Shown here piece by piece: positions 1-8,771 of a DNA stretch of 64,000 nt. Under the pieces are notes generated by a model. It did not search any database. It saw nothing but the letters and a program-made list of their open reading frames with translations, and was not told where the DNA came from. Origin of the DNA: an uncultured Actinomycetes bacterium (GTDB lineage Bacteria > Actinomycetota > UBA4738 > HRBIN12). The translations under genes were made by a program, and so were the position numbers. Numbering within the stretch: the stretch's first letter is position 1; every line of letters starts with the position of its first letter. The stretch covers positions 2,720,001-2,784,000 of the forward strand of contig OY969934.1 in the NCBI GenBank assembly GCA_963704725.1, given 5' to 3'.

Positions 1-10
1 CTTCGCAGCC

Positions 11-445
11 GTGCGTGCCCCGAACCGCGCGATGGCGACGCTCGTCGTCCTCGCGCTGCTGTCCGCTCCCACCTCGGCCCTCGCGCAGACCGGGTCCGGC
101 CCGTGCGATCTGCACCAGGGCGAGGACGAGTCGGTGCGCTCGTTCTCCAAGCGCCTGATCCGGTGTGCGGCCGACCGTTGGGAGGTCCCGGGCGGCTGGG
201 AGAAGGCCGTGTGCATCGCGGACGCCGAGAGCGGGCTCGACCCCGAGGCGACCTCCGAGCATCGCCGGTACCTCGGGCTGTTCCAGCACAGCGCCGACGC
301 ATGGCCGGAGCGCTACCGGATCTGGACGCGCCAGGCGTGGGGACTCGACGAGAGCGCCCTATCCGGCCGGACGAACGCCGTCGTGACGATGCGGATGGTC
401 AACACGAACGGCTGGGGCCCGTGGCAGGGCGCCGGGGACTGCTGA
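11..445 (+). CDS. Small secreted lysozyme-like / transglycosylase SLT-domain protein
   Basis: Signal peptide (…ALA|Q); CIADAESG with catalytic Glu, YLGLFQ and GWGPW motifs typical of SLT/Rpf-like folds; start may be the ATG at 32. Confidence 0.65.
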   Translation: MRAPNRAMATLVVLALLSAPTSALAQTGSGPCDLHQGEDESVRSFSKRLIRCAADRWEVPGGWEKAVCIADAESGLDPEATSEHRRYLGLFQHSADAWPERYRIWTRQAWGLDESALSGRTNAVVTMRMVNTNGWGPWQGAGDC

Positions 446-470
446 GCCTCGGCGCTACACTCCGGGGTCT

Positions 471-2057
471 ATGGCGACGACCGAGGAACGTCCGCCCGCG
501 CCAATCCAGACCGTCGAGGAGCGGATCGAGCAGCTCCGCAAGCGCCGGGCCGCGCTCCTGGACACCGCCCGCAAGGACGCCGTTCGCAAGCAGCACGAGA
601 AGGGCAAGCTCACCGCCCGGGAGCGCATCGACCTGCTGCTCGATCGCGACTCGTTCCAGGAGACGGACCCGTTCGCCGTCCATCGCGTGCACGATTTCGG
701 GATGGACCGCAACCGCCCGCCGGGGGACGGCGTCGTCACCGGCTACGGCACGATCGACGGGCGCCGGATCTTCGTCGCCAGCCAGGACTTCACGGTGTTC
801 GGGGGATCGCTCGGCGAGGTGCACGCCGAGAAGATCTGCAAGGTGATGGATCTCGCGATGTCGACCGGGGCGCCGTTCATCGCGATCAACGACTCGGGCG
901 GGGCGCGCATCCAGGAGGGCGCGGCCAGCCTCGCCGGCTACGCCTACGTGTTCGAGCGCAACGTCCGCGCGTCGGGCGTGATCCCGCAGATCAGCGTCAT
1001 CATGGGGCCCTGCGCGGGCGGCGCCGTGTACTCCCCCGCCATCACCGACTTCACGTTCATGGTCCGCGAAACCTCGCACATGTTCATCACGGGGCCGGAC
1101 GTCATCAAGGCCGTGACCGGCGAGGAGGTCACGTTCGAGGAGCTGGGGGGCGCGATGACGCACGCCACCCGGTCCGGGGTGGCGTCGTTCGTCGCGCAGG
1201 ACGAGGAGGAGTGCCTGGCGATGGTGCGTCACCTCCTGTCCTACCTGCCGCCGAACAACATCGAGGACCCGCCCTCCTACGCGGCGGTGGACGACCCCGA
1301 GCGGCTCGACGAGGGACTGACGCACCTGGTCCCAGACTCGGCGAGGGAGCCGTACGACATGCACGAGGTCGTGCGGCGGATCGTCGACGACGGCGACTTC
1401 TTCGAGGTCTTCCCGTACTGGGCCATGAACGTCGTCATCGGCTTCGCGCGGCTCGACGGGCGCAGCGTGGGCGTCGTCGCCAACCAGCCGAAGGTCAACG
1501 CGGGCACGCTCGACATCGACTCCAGCGAGAAGGCGTCGCGCTTCGTCCGGTTCTGCGACGCGTTCAACATCCCCATCGTGACCTTCGTCGACGTGCCGGG
1601 ATTCCTGCCGGGGACGCAACAGGAGTACGGCGGGATCATCCGCCACGGCGCCAAGCTCCTGTTCGCGTTCGCCGAGGCCACGGTGCCCCGGCTCACGGTG
1701 ATCACACGCAAGGCCTACGGCGGGGCGTACCTCGTCATGAACTCCAAGCACCTGCGGGCCGACGTCTCCTTCGCATGGCCGACGGCCGAGATCGCGGTGA
1801 TGGGCCCGGAGGGAGCCGTCAACATCGTCTTCCGCAAGCAGATCGAGAAGGCCGACGATCCGTCCGGCGCCCGCGCCGACCTGATCCGTCAGTATCAGGA
1901 GAAGTTCGCCACGCCCTACATCGCCGCCGAGCGCGGCTACGTCGACGACGTGATCGAGCCCGCCGAGACCCGACCGCGGTTGATCAAGGCGCTGCGGATG
2001 CTCGCCACCAAGCGCGAGGCGGTGCCGGCCCGCAAGCACGGGAACATCCCGCTGTGA
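471..2057 (+). CDS. pccB: Acyl-CoA (propionyl-CoA) carboxylase carboxyltransferase beta subunit
   Basis: [54 protein letters not shown]. Confidence 0.95.
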   Translation: MATTEERPPAPIQTVEERIEQLRKRRAALLDTARKDAVRKQHEKGKLTARERIDLLLDRDSFQETDPFAVHRVHDFGMDRNRPPGDGVVTGYGTIDGRRIFVASQDFTVFGGSLGEVHAEKICKVMDLAMSTGAPFIAINDSGGARIQEGAASLAGYAYVFERNVRASGVIPQISVIMGPCAGGAVYSPAITDFTFMVRETSHMFITGPDVIKAVTGEEVTFEELGGAMTHATRSGVASFVAQDEEECLAMVRHLLSYLPPNNIEDPPSYAAVDDPERLDEGLTHLVPDSAREPYDMHEVVRRIVDDGDFFEVFPYWAMNVVIGFARLDGRSVGVVANQPKVNAGTLDIDSSEKASRFVRFCDAFNIPIVTFVDVPGFLPGTQQEYGGIIRHGAKLLFAFAEATVPRLTVITRKAYGGAYLVMNSKHLRADVSFAWPTAEIAVMGPEGAVNIVFRKQIEKADDPSGARADLIRQYQEKFATPYIAAERGYVDDVIEPAETRPRLIKALRMLATKREAVPARKHGNIPL

Positions 2058-2314
2058 CGGACGACCATCGCTTCGAGCTCCCCGGCGACCTCGCGCCCGA
2101 ACAGGAACGGGCGGTCATCCGGGCCCTCGAGCGCTACTTCGCGCGCGAGAGCCCGCATCCGAACCCGTGGGTCCTGATCGGCCGCGTGGACGCGACCGGC
2201 CTCGGGGCGCTGCAGGCCAGGCGCTACACCGAGGCCCCGTGGGCCGTCGGACGCTTCGCCTCGTTCGCCCGCCCCGGCGTTCCGCCCGTCCGCGGCCGAG
2301 GCGACGCCGGGTAG
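2054..2314 (+). CDS. Small protein coupled to the beta subunit, putative acyl-CoA carboxylase epsilon-like subunit (86 aa)
   Basis: GTGA overlap with pccB stop; [11 protein letters not shown]…NPW…GR pattern and position resemble actinobacterial AccE/PccE. Confidence 0.55.
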   Translation: MTDDHRFELPGDLAPEQERAVIRALERYFARESPHPNPWVLIGRVDATGLGALQARRYTEAPWAVGRFASFARPGVPPVRGRGDAG

Positions 2315-2442
2315 CGGCTCCTCGCCGCGTTGGTGAGTTTCCCGAACGCCCCGATCGGGGAAACGCCCGTCTTCCATGTCTGTGGTCCCGTACATAGCCT
2401 GCGAGACACCCATCGTCCGATAGCAAGTCGGGAGGACAGGGG

Positions 2443-2958
2443 ATGGGTCTCGTTCGCATCGGGCACGGCCGCCGGATCACCCTCGCCGCCTTGACCGTGG
2501 GCACCTTCGTGCTCATCGGCCTCCTCCCCGCGCACCTGGACGCCGAAGCGTCCGAGCGCCCCGCCCCGACCCCTGCCGCGATCGTGCCGTTGCCGGAGCT
2601 CGGTAACGACCTGCTCGCGCTGACCAACGCGGATCGAGCGACCGGCGGTCACGAAGCGCTCGCTCTGGCCGAGCGGCTGTCGCGATACGCCCTTCGGCAC
2701 AGCCGGCGGATGGCCGAGCTCGGCTCGATCTTCCACTCGGGCGAGCGGCAGCTCCGCGACGCGCTCGAGGGAACCGGCTGGGAGACGGCCGGCGAGAACG
2801 TCGGCGTCGGAGCGAGCGTTCCGAGCATCGAGCGCGCCTTCATGGCCAGCCCGCCCCATCGGGCCAACGTCCTCGGGCCCGCGTACGATCACGCGGCCGT
2901 GGGGGTCGTGCGGGCCGACGGGGTCCTCTGGGTCACGGTCGTCTTCTACGGCGACTGA
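2443..2958 (+). CDS. Secreted CAP/SCP-domain protein
   Basis: N-terminal hydrophobic segment; HSRRMA, GENVG, SPPHRANVL, AVGV motifs; GGAGG upstream. Confidence 0.85.
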   Translation: MGLVRIGHGRRITLAALTVGTFVLIGLLPAHLDAEASERPAPTPAAIVPLPELGNDLLALTNADRATGGHEALALAERLSRYALRHSRRMAELGSIFHSGERQLRDALEGTGWETAGENVGVGASVPSIERAFMASPPHRANVLGPAYDHAAVGVVRADGVLWVTVVFYGD

Positions 2959-3006
2959 GCCCGCCGCGTGTCGGGCGGCGCCTCGATGCGCCACCATAGG
3001 CTCGAC

Positions 3007-3303
3007 ATGGGTGCCACCAGGCTGACCGGCGCCGCGCCCGACCGGGGGTCGGCGCTTCGCGCCCTCCGCGATGAGGACTGTTCCGCGCCGCGTTCGTGGG
3101 CCAACGGTCCGCGAGACACGTACGGGTGGCACGGACACGACTACCACAAGGTGCTGTTCTGCCTCGACGGTTCGATCACGTTCCACCTGCGAGAGGGCGA
3201 CGTCGCGCTCGAGGCCGGAGACCGGCTCGACCTCGAACCCGGCACCGAGCACGCCGCGACGGTCGGACCCGAAGGCTGCTCCTGTCTGGAGGCGTCGCGA
3301 TGA
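3007..3303 (+). CDS. Cupin-domain protein
   Basis: YGWHGHDYHKVLFCLDGSITF…L..GDRL..EPGTEHAA cupin motifs. Confidence 0.8.
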   Translation: MGATRLTGAAPDRGSALRALRDEDCSAPRSWANGPRDTYGWHGHDYHKVLFCLDGSITFHLREGDVALEAGDRLDLEPGTEHAATVGPEGCSCLEASR

Positions 3304-4424
3304 GGGTGGCCATCCAGGTGGACCAGCTCTTCTTCCAGGCCCCGGGCGGGATCGGGACCTACATCCGTAACCTCGTGCCGGCGATGGCCGCCCGGGACCC
3401 CGCACTGCGGATCTCGCTCTTCCACGCGCGGTTCGCCTCGCCCGAGGCGCCGGAGCGCTGGATGCGGGAGCACTGGGTGGAGGAGCTCCCCGCGACGATC
3501 CGGTCTCTCTACCCTCGATGGGACCTCCTCGCTCGGCCGGCGCTGCCGGCGACCCTGCGCGCGACCGAGATCCTCCACGCCACGAACCACGCTGCCGTCC
3601 CCCCCGCCGGCGACGGCCAGCGGCTCGTCGTCACCGTGCACGACCTCGCGTTCGAGCACTTCCCCGGGATGTTCCCTCGGGCGTGGCGAGCGCTCTACCG
3701 AGCCGGCCTGCGCGCCGCGGTGAAGCGCGCCGACGCCATCGTCACGCCGTCGCGCAGCACGGCGGAGGACGTGCTGTCCCGCACGAACGTCGACCCGGCC
3801 AAGCTCCACGTCGTGCCGCTCGCGTCGTCGGCGCCCGAGGGGACGCTCGACGCCGACGAGGTGCTCGCCCGGTTGAAGGTTCGGACTCCGTACATCCTGT
3901 TCGTGGGGACGCTCGAGCCGCGGAAGAACCTCGTGCGCCTGGTCCGGGCGTACCGACGCGTGGCGGCCGACGGGTTCCCCCACGCGCTGGTGCTGGCCGG
4001 CCCGCTGGGGTGGCACCACGAGTCGCTGATGCGCGAGCTGACCCTGCGGGGCCCCGGCGAGATCGTCATGACGGGCCCGCTGTCGGGACGGGAGCGCGAC
4101 GCCGTCTACCGCGCCGCCCAGGTCTTCGTCTACCCCTCGCTGTACGAGGGCTTCGGCCTCCCGGTCCTGGAGGCGATGGCCCGCGGCGTGCCCACCGTCG
4201 CCTCGACCACGTCGTCGCTGCCCGAGGTCGCCGGCGACGCCGCCGTCGGCGTGCATCCGCGCTCGGTCCGGGAGATCGCTCGGGGGATCGAGTCCGTCCT
4301 GTCCGACGTCGGCCTGGCCGAGCGGCTCGCCGCGCGGGGCCGCGCCCAGGCCGAGCGCTTCAGCTGGGACGAGACGGCGCGCCTGACGCTCGACGTCTAC
4401 GAGCACGTGCTGGGCGGCAAGTGA
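3300..4424 (+). CDS. Glycosyltransferase family 4 (GT-B)
   Basis: ATGA overlap; GGIGTY, TVHDL, FVGTLEPRKN, PSLYEGFGLPVLEAMARG. Confidence 0.92.
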   Translation: MRVAIQVDQLFFQAPGGIGTYIRNLVPAMAARDPALRISLFHARFASPEAPERWMREHWVEELPATIRSLYPRWDLLARPALPATLRATEILHATNHAAVPPAGDGQRLVVTVHDLAFEHFPGMFPRAWRALYRAGLRAAVKRADAIVTPSRSTAEDVLSRTNVDPAKLHVVPLASSAPEGTLDADEVLARLKVRTPYILFVGTLEPRKNLVRLVRAYRRVAADGFPHALVLAGPLGWHHESLMRELTLRGPGEIVMTGPLSGRERDAVYRAAQVFVYPSLYEGFGLPVLEAMARGVPTVASTTSSLPEVAGDAAVGVHPRSVREIARGIESVLSDVGLAERLAARGRAQAERFSWDETARLTLDVYEHVLGGK

Positions 4425-5359
4425 AGGTCTCTCTCGTCACCACGGTGAAGGACGCGGCCCACGCGATCGAACCGTTCCTGGCGTCCCTGGCCGGACAGAC
4501 CCGCGCGCCGGACGAGGCGATCGTCGTCGATGGTGGCTCCACGGACGGGACGCTCGAACGGCTGCGCACGGCCGGCGGCATCACGCTGATCGAGGAGCCC
4601 GGCGCGAACATCGCCCGCGGACGGAACCTGGCCATCGCCGCCGCCGCCCACGACGTCGTCGCCGTGACCGACGCGGACTGCGTCCTGGAGCCCGAGTGGC
4701 TCGAGCGCCTGCTCGCGCCGATCGGGGCCGGCGCCGACGTCGCGATGGGGTTCTCGCGTCCGATCGCCGACGGGTTCGTTCCGGCGTGCATGGCCGCCAT
4801 CAACCTGCCCGACGCCGACGAGATCGACGAGTCGACGTTCATGCCGTCGTCCCGGTCGGTGGCGTTCCGGCGCAAGGCGATCGAGGAGGCCGGGGGCTAC
4901 CCCGAATGGCTCGACATCGGCGAGGACATGTACGTCGACCACCGGTGGCGCGAGCTCGGCCTGGACATGCGGTTCGTGCCCGGTGCCGTCGTCCACTGGC
5001 GACTGCGCACGTCGCTGCGCGACACCTGGGCGCAGTACTTCCGGTACGCGCGCGGGGACGCGATCGCCGGGATGCATCCCGAGCGACACGCGCTCCGGTT
5101 CGGCGTGTACGGCGCCGCGCTGTACGCCGCCGGCTCGAAGGGGACGCTCCGCAAGCTGGGTGCGGCGGCGGGCGCCGCGGCGTACGCGGCACGACCGATC
5201 CGGCGGGCGATGGCGCGTTTCGAGGACGCGGGCGACCGCGCCCGCGCCGCGATGGCCGTTCCCGCGCTCATGATGCTCGTCGACGCGGCGAAGATGGCGG
5301 GCTACGTCGATGGTCTCCGATCCCGCCCGAGGGCCGGAAACCCGGGTCCACAGGGGTAG
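4421..5359 (+). CDS. Glycosyltransferase family 2
   Basis: GTGA overlap; VVDGGSTDGT, TDAD (DxD), GED, Q..RYARGD. Confidence 0.9.
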   Translation: MKVSLVTTVKDAAHAIEPFLASLAGQTRAPDEAIVVDGGSTDGTLERLRTAGGITLIEEPGANIARGRNLAIAAAAHDVVAVTDADCVLEPEWLERLLAPIGAGADVAMGFSRPIADGFVPACMAAINLPDADEIDESTFMPSSRSVAFRRKAIEEAGGYPEWLDIGEDMYVDHRWRELGLDMRFVPGAVVHWRLRTSLRDTWAQYFRYARGDAIAGMHPERHALRFGVYGAALYAAGSKGTLRKLGAAAGAAAYAARPIRRAMARFEDAGDRARAAMAVPALMMLVDAAKMAGYVDGLRSRPRAGNPGPQG

Positions 5360-5408
5360 ACTCGGCCTCTGCGGCGACGGGCCGCCGCGGACGACGGAGG
5401 GAGGCTCC

Positions 5409-5930
5409 ATGCATCGACGCGTGCTCGGACTGCTCCTGCTCTCCTCGCTCCTGCTCGCCGCGTGCGGCGGCGGTGGCGACGACGGCGGATCGACGGACGC
5501 CGGTGGCGACGGCGGTGGCGGATCGACGGGCGCCGTCGCGGATAGCGGTGGCGGGGACGGCGCCGCGGGGGTGATCGACTCGGCCCAATGCGCCGAGGTG
5601 GCGGCGGCGATGGCGGCGGCCGCCAGCGCGGTCCCCGCGGCCTTCTCCGGGAGCACGGCCGATCTCGACCAGTCCATGGAGCAGCTCCGGGCGTTCGCCG
5701 AGGCGGCTCCCGACGAGATCAGCGACGACATGCAGGTCATCGTGGAGGGCTACGCCAAGATCGCCGAGGCCATGCAGTCGGCGGGCTTCGACCCGACGAG
5801 CGGGGAGCCGCCGCCGCCCGAGGTCATCGCCCAGCTCGCGCAGGTGAGCCAGGAGCTCGACTCGGCGGAGTTCCAGGCCGCGGTCGACAACGTGAATGCC
5901 TACTTCGAGAGCTGCGGCGCCGGCGGGTAG
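5409..5930 (+). CDS. Hypothetical lipoprotein
   Basis: GGAGG SD; lipobox LLAAC, Gly/Asp linker, helical domain with two further Cys. Confidence 0.75.
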   Translation: MHRRVLGLLLLSSLLLAACGGGGDDGGSTDAGGDGGGGSTGAVADSGGGDGAAGVIDSAQCAEVAAAMAAAASAVPAAFSGSTADLDQSMEQLRAFAEAAPDEISDDMQVIVEGYAKIAEAMQSAGFDPTSGEPPPPEVIAQLAQVSQELDSAEFQAAVDNVNAYFESCGAGG

Positions 5931-5933
5931 CCC

Positions 5934-6797
5934 TCAGGCGTCGTACTCGTAGAAGCCACGGCCGGTCTTGCGGCCGAGCTGGCCCGCGGTGACCATCCGC
6001 TTGAGGAGCGGCGGCGCGGCGAAGCGTGGCTCCTTGAACTCGTCGTACAGGACGTTCGCGATCTGCAGGCACGTGTCGAGCCCGATGAGGTCGGCCAGGC
6101 GGAGCGGCCCCAAGGGGTGGTTCAGGCCGAGGTGGATCGCCGTGTCGACGTCCTCGCGCGTCGCGAACCCGTCCTCCAGCATGCGGACGGCGTCGTTCAG
6201 GTAGGGGATGAGGAGGGTGTTCACGATGAACCCGGCCCGGTCCCGCGACAGCACCGTGGTCTTGCCGAGCGTCACGCAGTAGGCCCGGCCGAACTCCACG
6301 GTCTCGTCCGACGTCGTGATGGCCCTCACGATCTCGACGAGGCCCATCACCGGGACCGGGTTGAAGAAGTGCAGCCCGATCACGAGCTCCGGGCGCGTGG
6401 TCGCCGCGCCGAGGTCGGCGATCGGGATCGACGAGGTGTTCGATGACAGGATCACCTCGGATCGGGTGACCTCGTCGAGCCGGCGGAAGATCTCGAGCTT
6501 CGTGCCGGGATCCTCCGTGGCGGCCTCGATGACCAGGTCGACGTCGGCGAGCGCCTCGACGTCGGTCGTCCCGGTGATCCGGCCCAGGGCCTCGTCGCGA
6601 TCGGGCGACGCCAGCCGATCCCGTTCGACCGCGCGCAGCGTCGAGACCTCGATGCGTGATCGCCCCGACTCGACCAGCTCGTCGCTCGACTCCAGGTAGA
6701 TCACCTGCTGACCCGCTCGGGCGGCGACCTCCACGATGCCGGAGCCCATCAGCCCGCAGCCGACGACCCCGAGCGTGCGGACGTCCTCTCCCTTCAC
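5934..6797 (-). CDS. 3-hydroxybutyryl-CoA / 3-hydroxyacyl-CoA dehydrogenase
   Basis: GVVGCGLMGSGI, SNTSS, GLHFFNP, GFIVN, GRKTGRGFY. Confidence 0.93.
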   Translation of the reverse strand: MKGEDVRTLGVVGCGLMGSGIVEVAARAGQQVIYLESSDELVESGRSRIEVSTLRAVERDRLASPDRDEALGRITGTTDVEALADVDLVIEAATEDPGTKLEIFRRLDEVTRSEVILSSNTSSIPIADLGAATTRPELVIGLHFFNPVPVMGLVEIVRAITTSDETVEFGRAYCVTLGKTTVLSRDRAGFIVNTLLIPYLNDAVRMLEDGFATREDVDTAIHLGLNHPLGPLRLADLIGLDTCLQIANVLYDEFKEPRFAAPPLLKRMVTAGQLGRKTGRGFYEYDA

Positions 6798-6836
6798 GGG
6801 GCCCCCTCGGGTCGAACCGGCGTCAGGGGGCAAGCG

Positions 6837-6842
6837 TACAAT
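6837..6842 (+). promoter_or_regulatory. -10 element (TACAAT) of the putative copper operon
   Basis: Near-consensus -10 hexamer just upstream of in-frame TTG (6853) and GTG (6865) starts. Confidence 0.55.
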
Positions 6843-6864
6843 CACCGGAACCTTGGCCACGCCC

Positions 6865-7449
6865 GTGCCTGCGACGCCGCGCCTTCGAGGCCTCCCGGTG
6901 CTCGGTTTCGCCGTGGCCGGGGTCCTCCTCGGGCACACGCTCACGTATCTCCTGGCGATCCCGGACCCGCTCCACCGCGATCTCGTCCTGCGGACGACCG
7001 GACACGCGTACCTGCCCGCGGCGGGCGAGGCGGCGCTCGTGCTCCTGCTCGCCGGCGTCGCGGCGGTCGTCGTCCGGGCGTGGTCTCGTGGGCGGCGCGA
7101 GGGACGGGACTCGTTCGGGGGCCTGGCCGGGCTGCTGACGGCGGTCCAGGTCTCCGGGTTCCTGGGCCAAGAGGTCCTGGAGCGACTCGTCACGCGGTCG
7201 CCCCTCGGCGAGCTGGTGCACGATCACGTCCTTGCCATCGGTGTCCTGCTCCAGATCCCCCTGGCCCTGGCGGCCGCCGCGATGCTGCGTTGGCTGGCCC
7301 GCGCCTCCGCGGCCGTGGCGGAGACGACCGGCGGTCGCACCGCCACCCCCCGGCCGGCGCTGGTCCTGGCGGCCACCGCCCCGGCCGACGTCCCCCACGG
7401 CCGCGTCGCGGCCACGGCCCGGCGCGACCGGGCTCCTCCCTCCGCCTGA
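6865..7449 (+). CDS. His-containing polytopic membrane protein with C-terminal RAPP motif; candidate translational-arrest leader
   Basis: About 4 hydrophobic segments with GH..TY, H.D…GHAY, QE.LE; ends RRDRAPPSA*; alternative start TTG 6853. Confidence 0.7.
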   Translation: MPATPRLRGLPVLGFAVAGVLLGHTLTYLLAIPDPLHRDLVLRTTGHAYLPAAGEAALVLLLAGVAAVVVRAWSRGRREGRDSFGGLAGLLTAVQVSGFLGQEVLERLVTRSPLGELVHDHVLAIGVLLQIPLALAAAAMLRWLARASAAVAETTGGRTATPRPALVLAATAPADVPHGRVAATARRDRAPPSA

Positions 7450-7505
7450 CGCCTCCCCCAACCTGCGCGCGACGGACGTCGCGCTCGGAGACGCCTCAAG
7501 GAGGA
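7434..7505 (+). promoter_or_regulatory. Predicted SD-sequestering RNA structure
   Basis: TCCTCC 7434-7439 complements GGAGGA 7500-7505; CTCCG 7440-7444 complements CGGAG 7486-7490; inner hairpin GCGCGAC-GGAC-GTCGCGC 7467-7484. Confidence 0.55.
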
Positions 7506-7510
7506 CGAGC

Positions 7511-8197
7511 ATGATCGATCGCATCACCAGACTGATGGCTGCTGCCGCGCTCACGGTGGGGTTCGTGGGCCTGCTGGCCTCACCGGCGACTGCGCACGAG
7601 GAACGCGCGGTCGGCGACTTCGACCTCACCGTGGGGTTCGGCACGGAGCCGGCATACGTGGGCGAGCCGAACAGCGCCATCCTGCTGCTGTCGCGTGGCG
7701 GTCGGCCGGTCGTAGACCTGGGCGACACCCTGAGCGTCGACGTGTCGTTCGGCGACGCGGCCCCGTTCCCCTTGTCCGTCGAGCCCTTCTTCGAGGAGGG
7801 CGAGTTCGGAACGCCCGGCGACTATCGAGCCTGGTTCATCCCGACGAGCGCCGGACAGTACACGTTCCACTTCACGGGGACGATCGACGGCCAGGACGTC
7901 GACGAGACCTTCGTCTCCGGCCCCCAGACGTTCAACGACGTCGAGACCCCGACCGACGCCGAGTACCCCGATCAGCCGCCTTCGACGAGCGAGCTGGCCG
8001 ACCGGATCGACCGCGAGGTGCCGAGGCTCAACGATGCGATCGGCGGAGTGAAGAGCTCGGCCCTGGCCGCGGCGCAGAGCGCCTCCGACGATGCATCGGG
8101 CGCGCGCACCGTCGGCGTGATCGGAGTGGCGGTGGGAGGGCTCGGCTTGATCGCCGCCGCGGCGGCCATCGGCATGTCGCGCAGGGCGAGGGCGTGA
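7511..8197 (+). CDS. Secreted, C-terminally membrane-anchored protein with predicted N-terminal His (putative Cu-binding)
   Basis: AAGGAGG SD; signal peptide PATA|HEER; beta-rich domain (GQYTFHFTG); C-terminal TM plus RRARA. Confidence 0.75.
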   Translation: MIDRITRLMAAAALTVGFVGLLASPATAHEERAVGDFDLTVGFGTEPAYVGEPNSAILLLSRGGRPVVDLGDTLSVDVSFGDAAPFPLSVEPFFEEGEFGTPGDYRAWFIPTSAGQYTFHFTGTIDGQDVDETFVSGPQTFNDVETPTDAEYPDQPPSTSELADRIDREVPRLNDAIGGVKSSALAAAQSASDDASGARTVGVIGVAVGGLGLIAAAAAIGMSRRARA

Positions 8198-8222
8198 GCC
8201 TCGTGTGTTCGAAGGGCTGAGG

Positions 8223-8771
8223 ATGCTCGCACACGCGGGAGGCGCGCCCGAGTTCGCCTCGTCGATGCTCGTCGCCGGCGGCGTGGTGGCCGGCTGGGTC
8301 GGCCTCAGCCGCCTGCGGGGTCGGGGCTTCCGGCGGCTGCCGCATGCGGCCGGCGTGACCCTTCTCGCGCTCGCGCCGGTGATCGTGGTGGCGTCCGTGG
8401 TGGTGCCCTCGCTCGTGTGGCCCATCCCGTCCGCGAGCGGACCGCGCCCGGCCTCGACCGCGTCGATCTCGTTCGTCGCGCCGAAGCCGGGGCAGAGCGT
8501 TACGGGCGACCTGCTCGATGTGCGGTTGGAGCTGGACGGCGGCAGGATCGTGGAGAGCTCCTCGACGACGGTCACCCCTGACACCGGGCACGTCCATGTC
8601 TTCCTCGATGGGCAGCTCCTGACGATGACCTACGGCCTCGAGCAGGAGGTGGGCGTGGCGGGGCTGACACCCGGCGTCCACCGGTTACGGGCCGAGTACG
8701 TCGCGGCCGACCACGCACCCTTCAACCCGGACGTGGTGGCGACGGTGACGTTCGTGAAGGCCGCGACGTGA
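8223..8771 (+). CDS. Membrane protein with His-motif Ig-like domain (DUF4399-like)
   Basis: MLAHAGG start, two TMs, [24 protein letters not shown]. Confidence 0.7.
   Translation: MLAHAGGAPEFASSMLVAGGVVAGWVGLSRLRGRGFRRLPHAAGVTLLALAPVIVVASVVVPSLVWPIPSASGPRPASTASISFVAPKPGQSVTGDLLDVRLELDGGRIVESSSTTVTPDTGHVHVFLDGQLLTMTYGLEQEVGVAGLTPGVHRLRAEYVAADHAPFNPDVVATVTFVKAAT

Noticed and set aside
2315-2442. Possible structured RNA upstream of the CAP gene
   Set aside because: Only a short CCCC-GATC-GGGG hairpin; no recognisable riboswitch consensus
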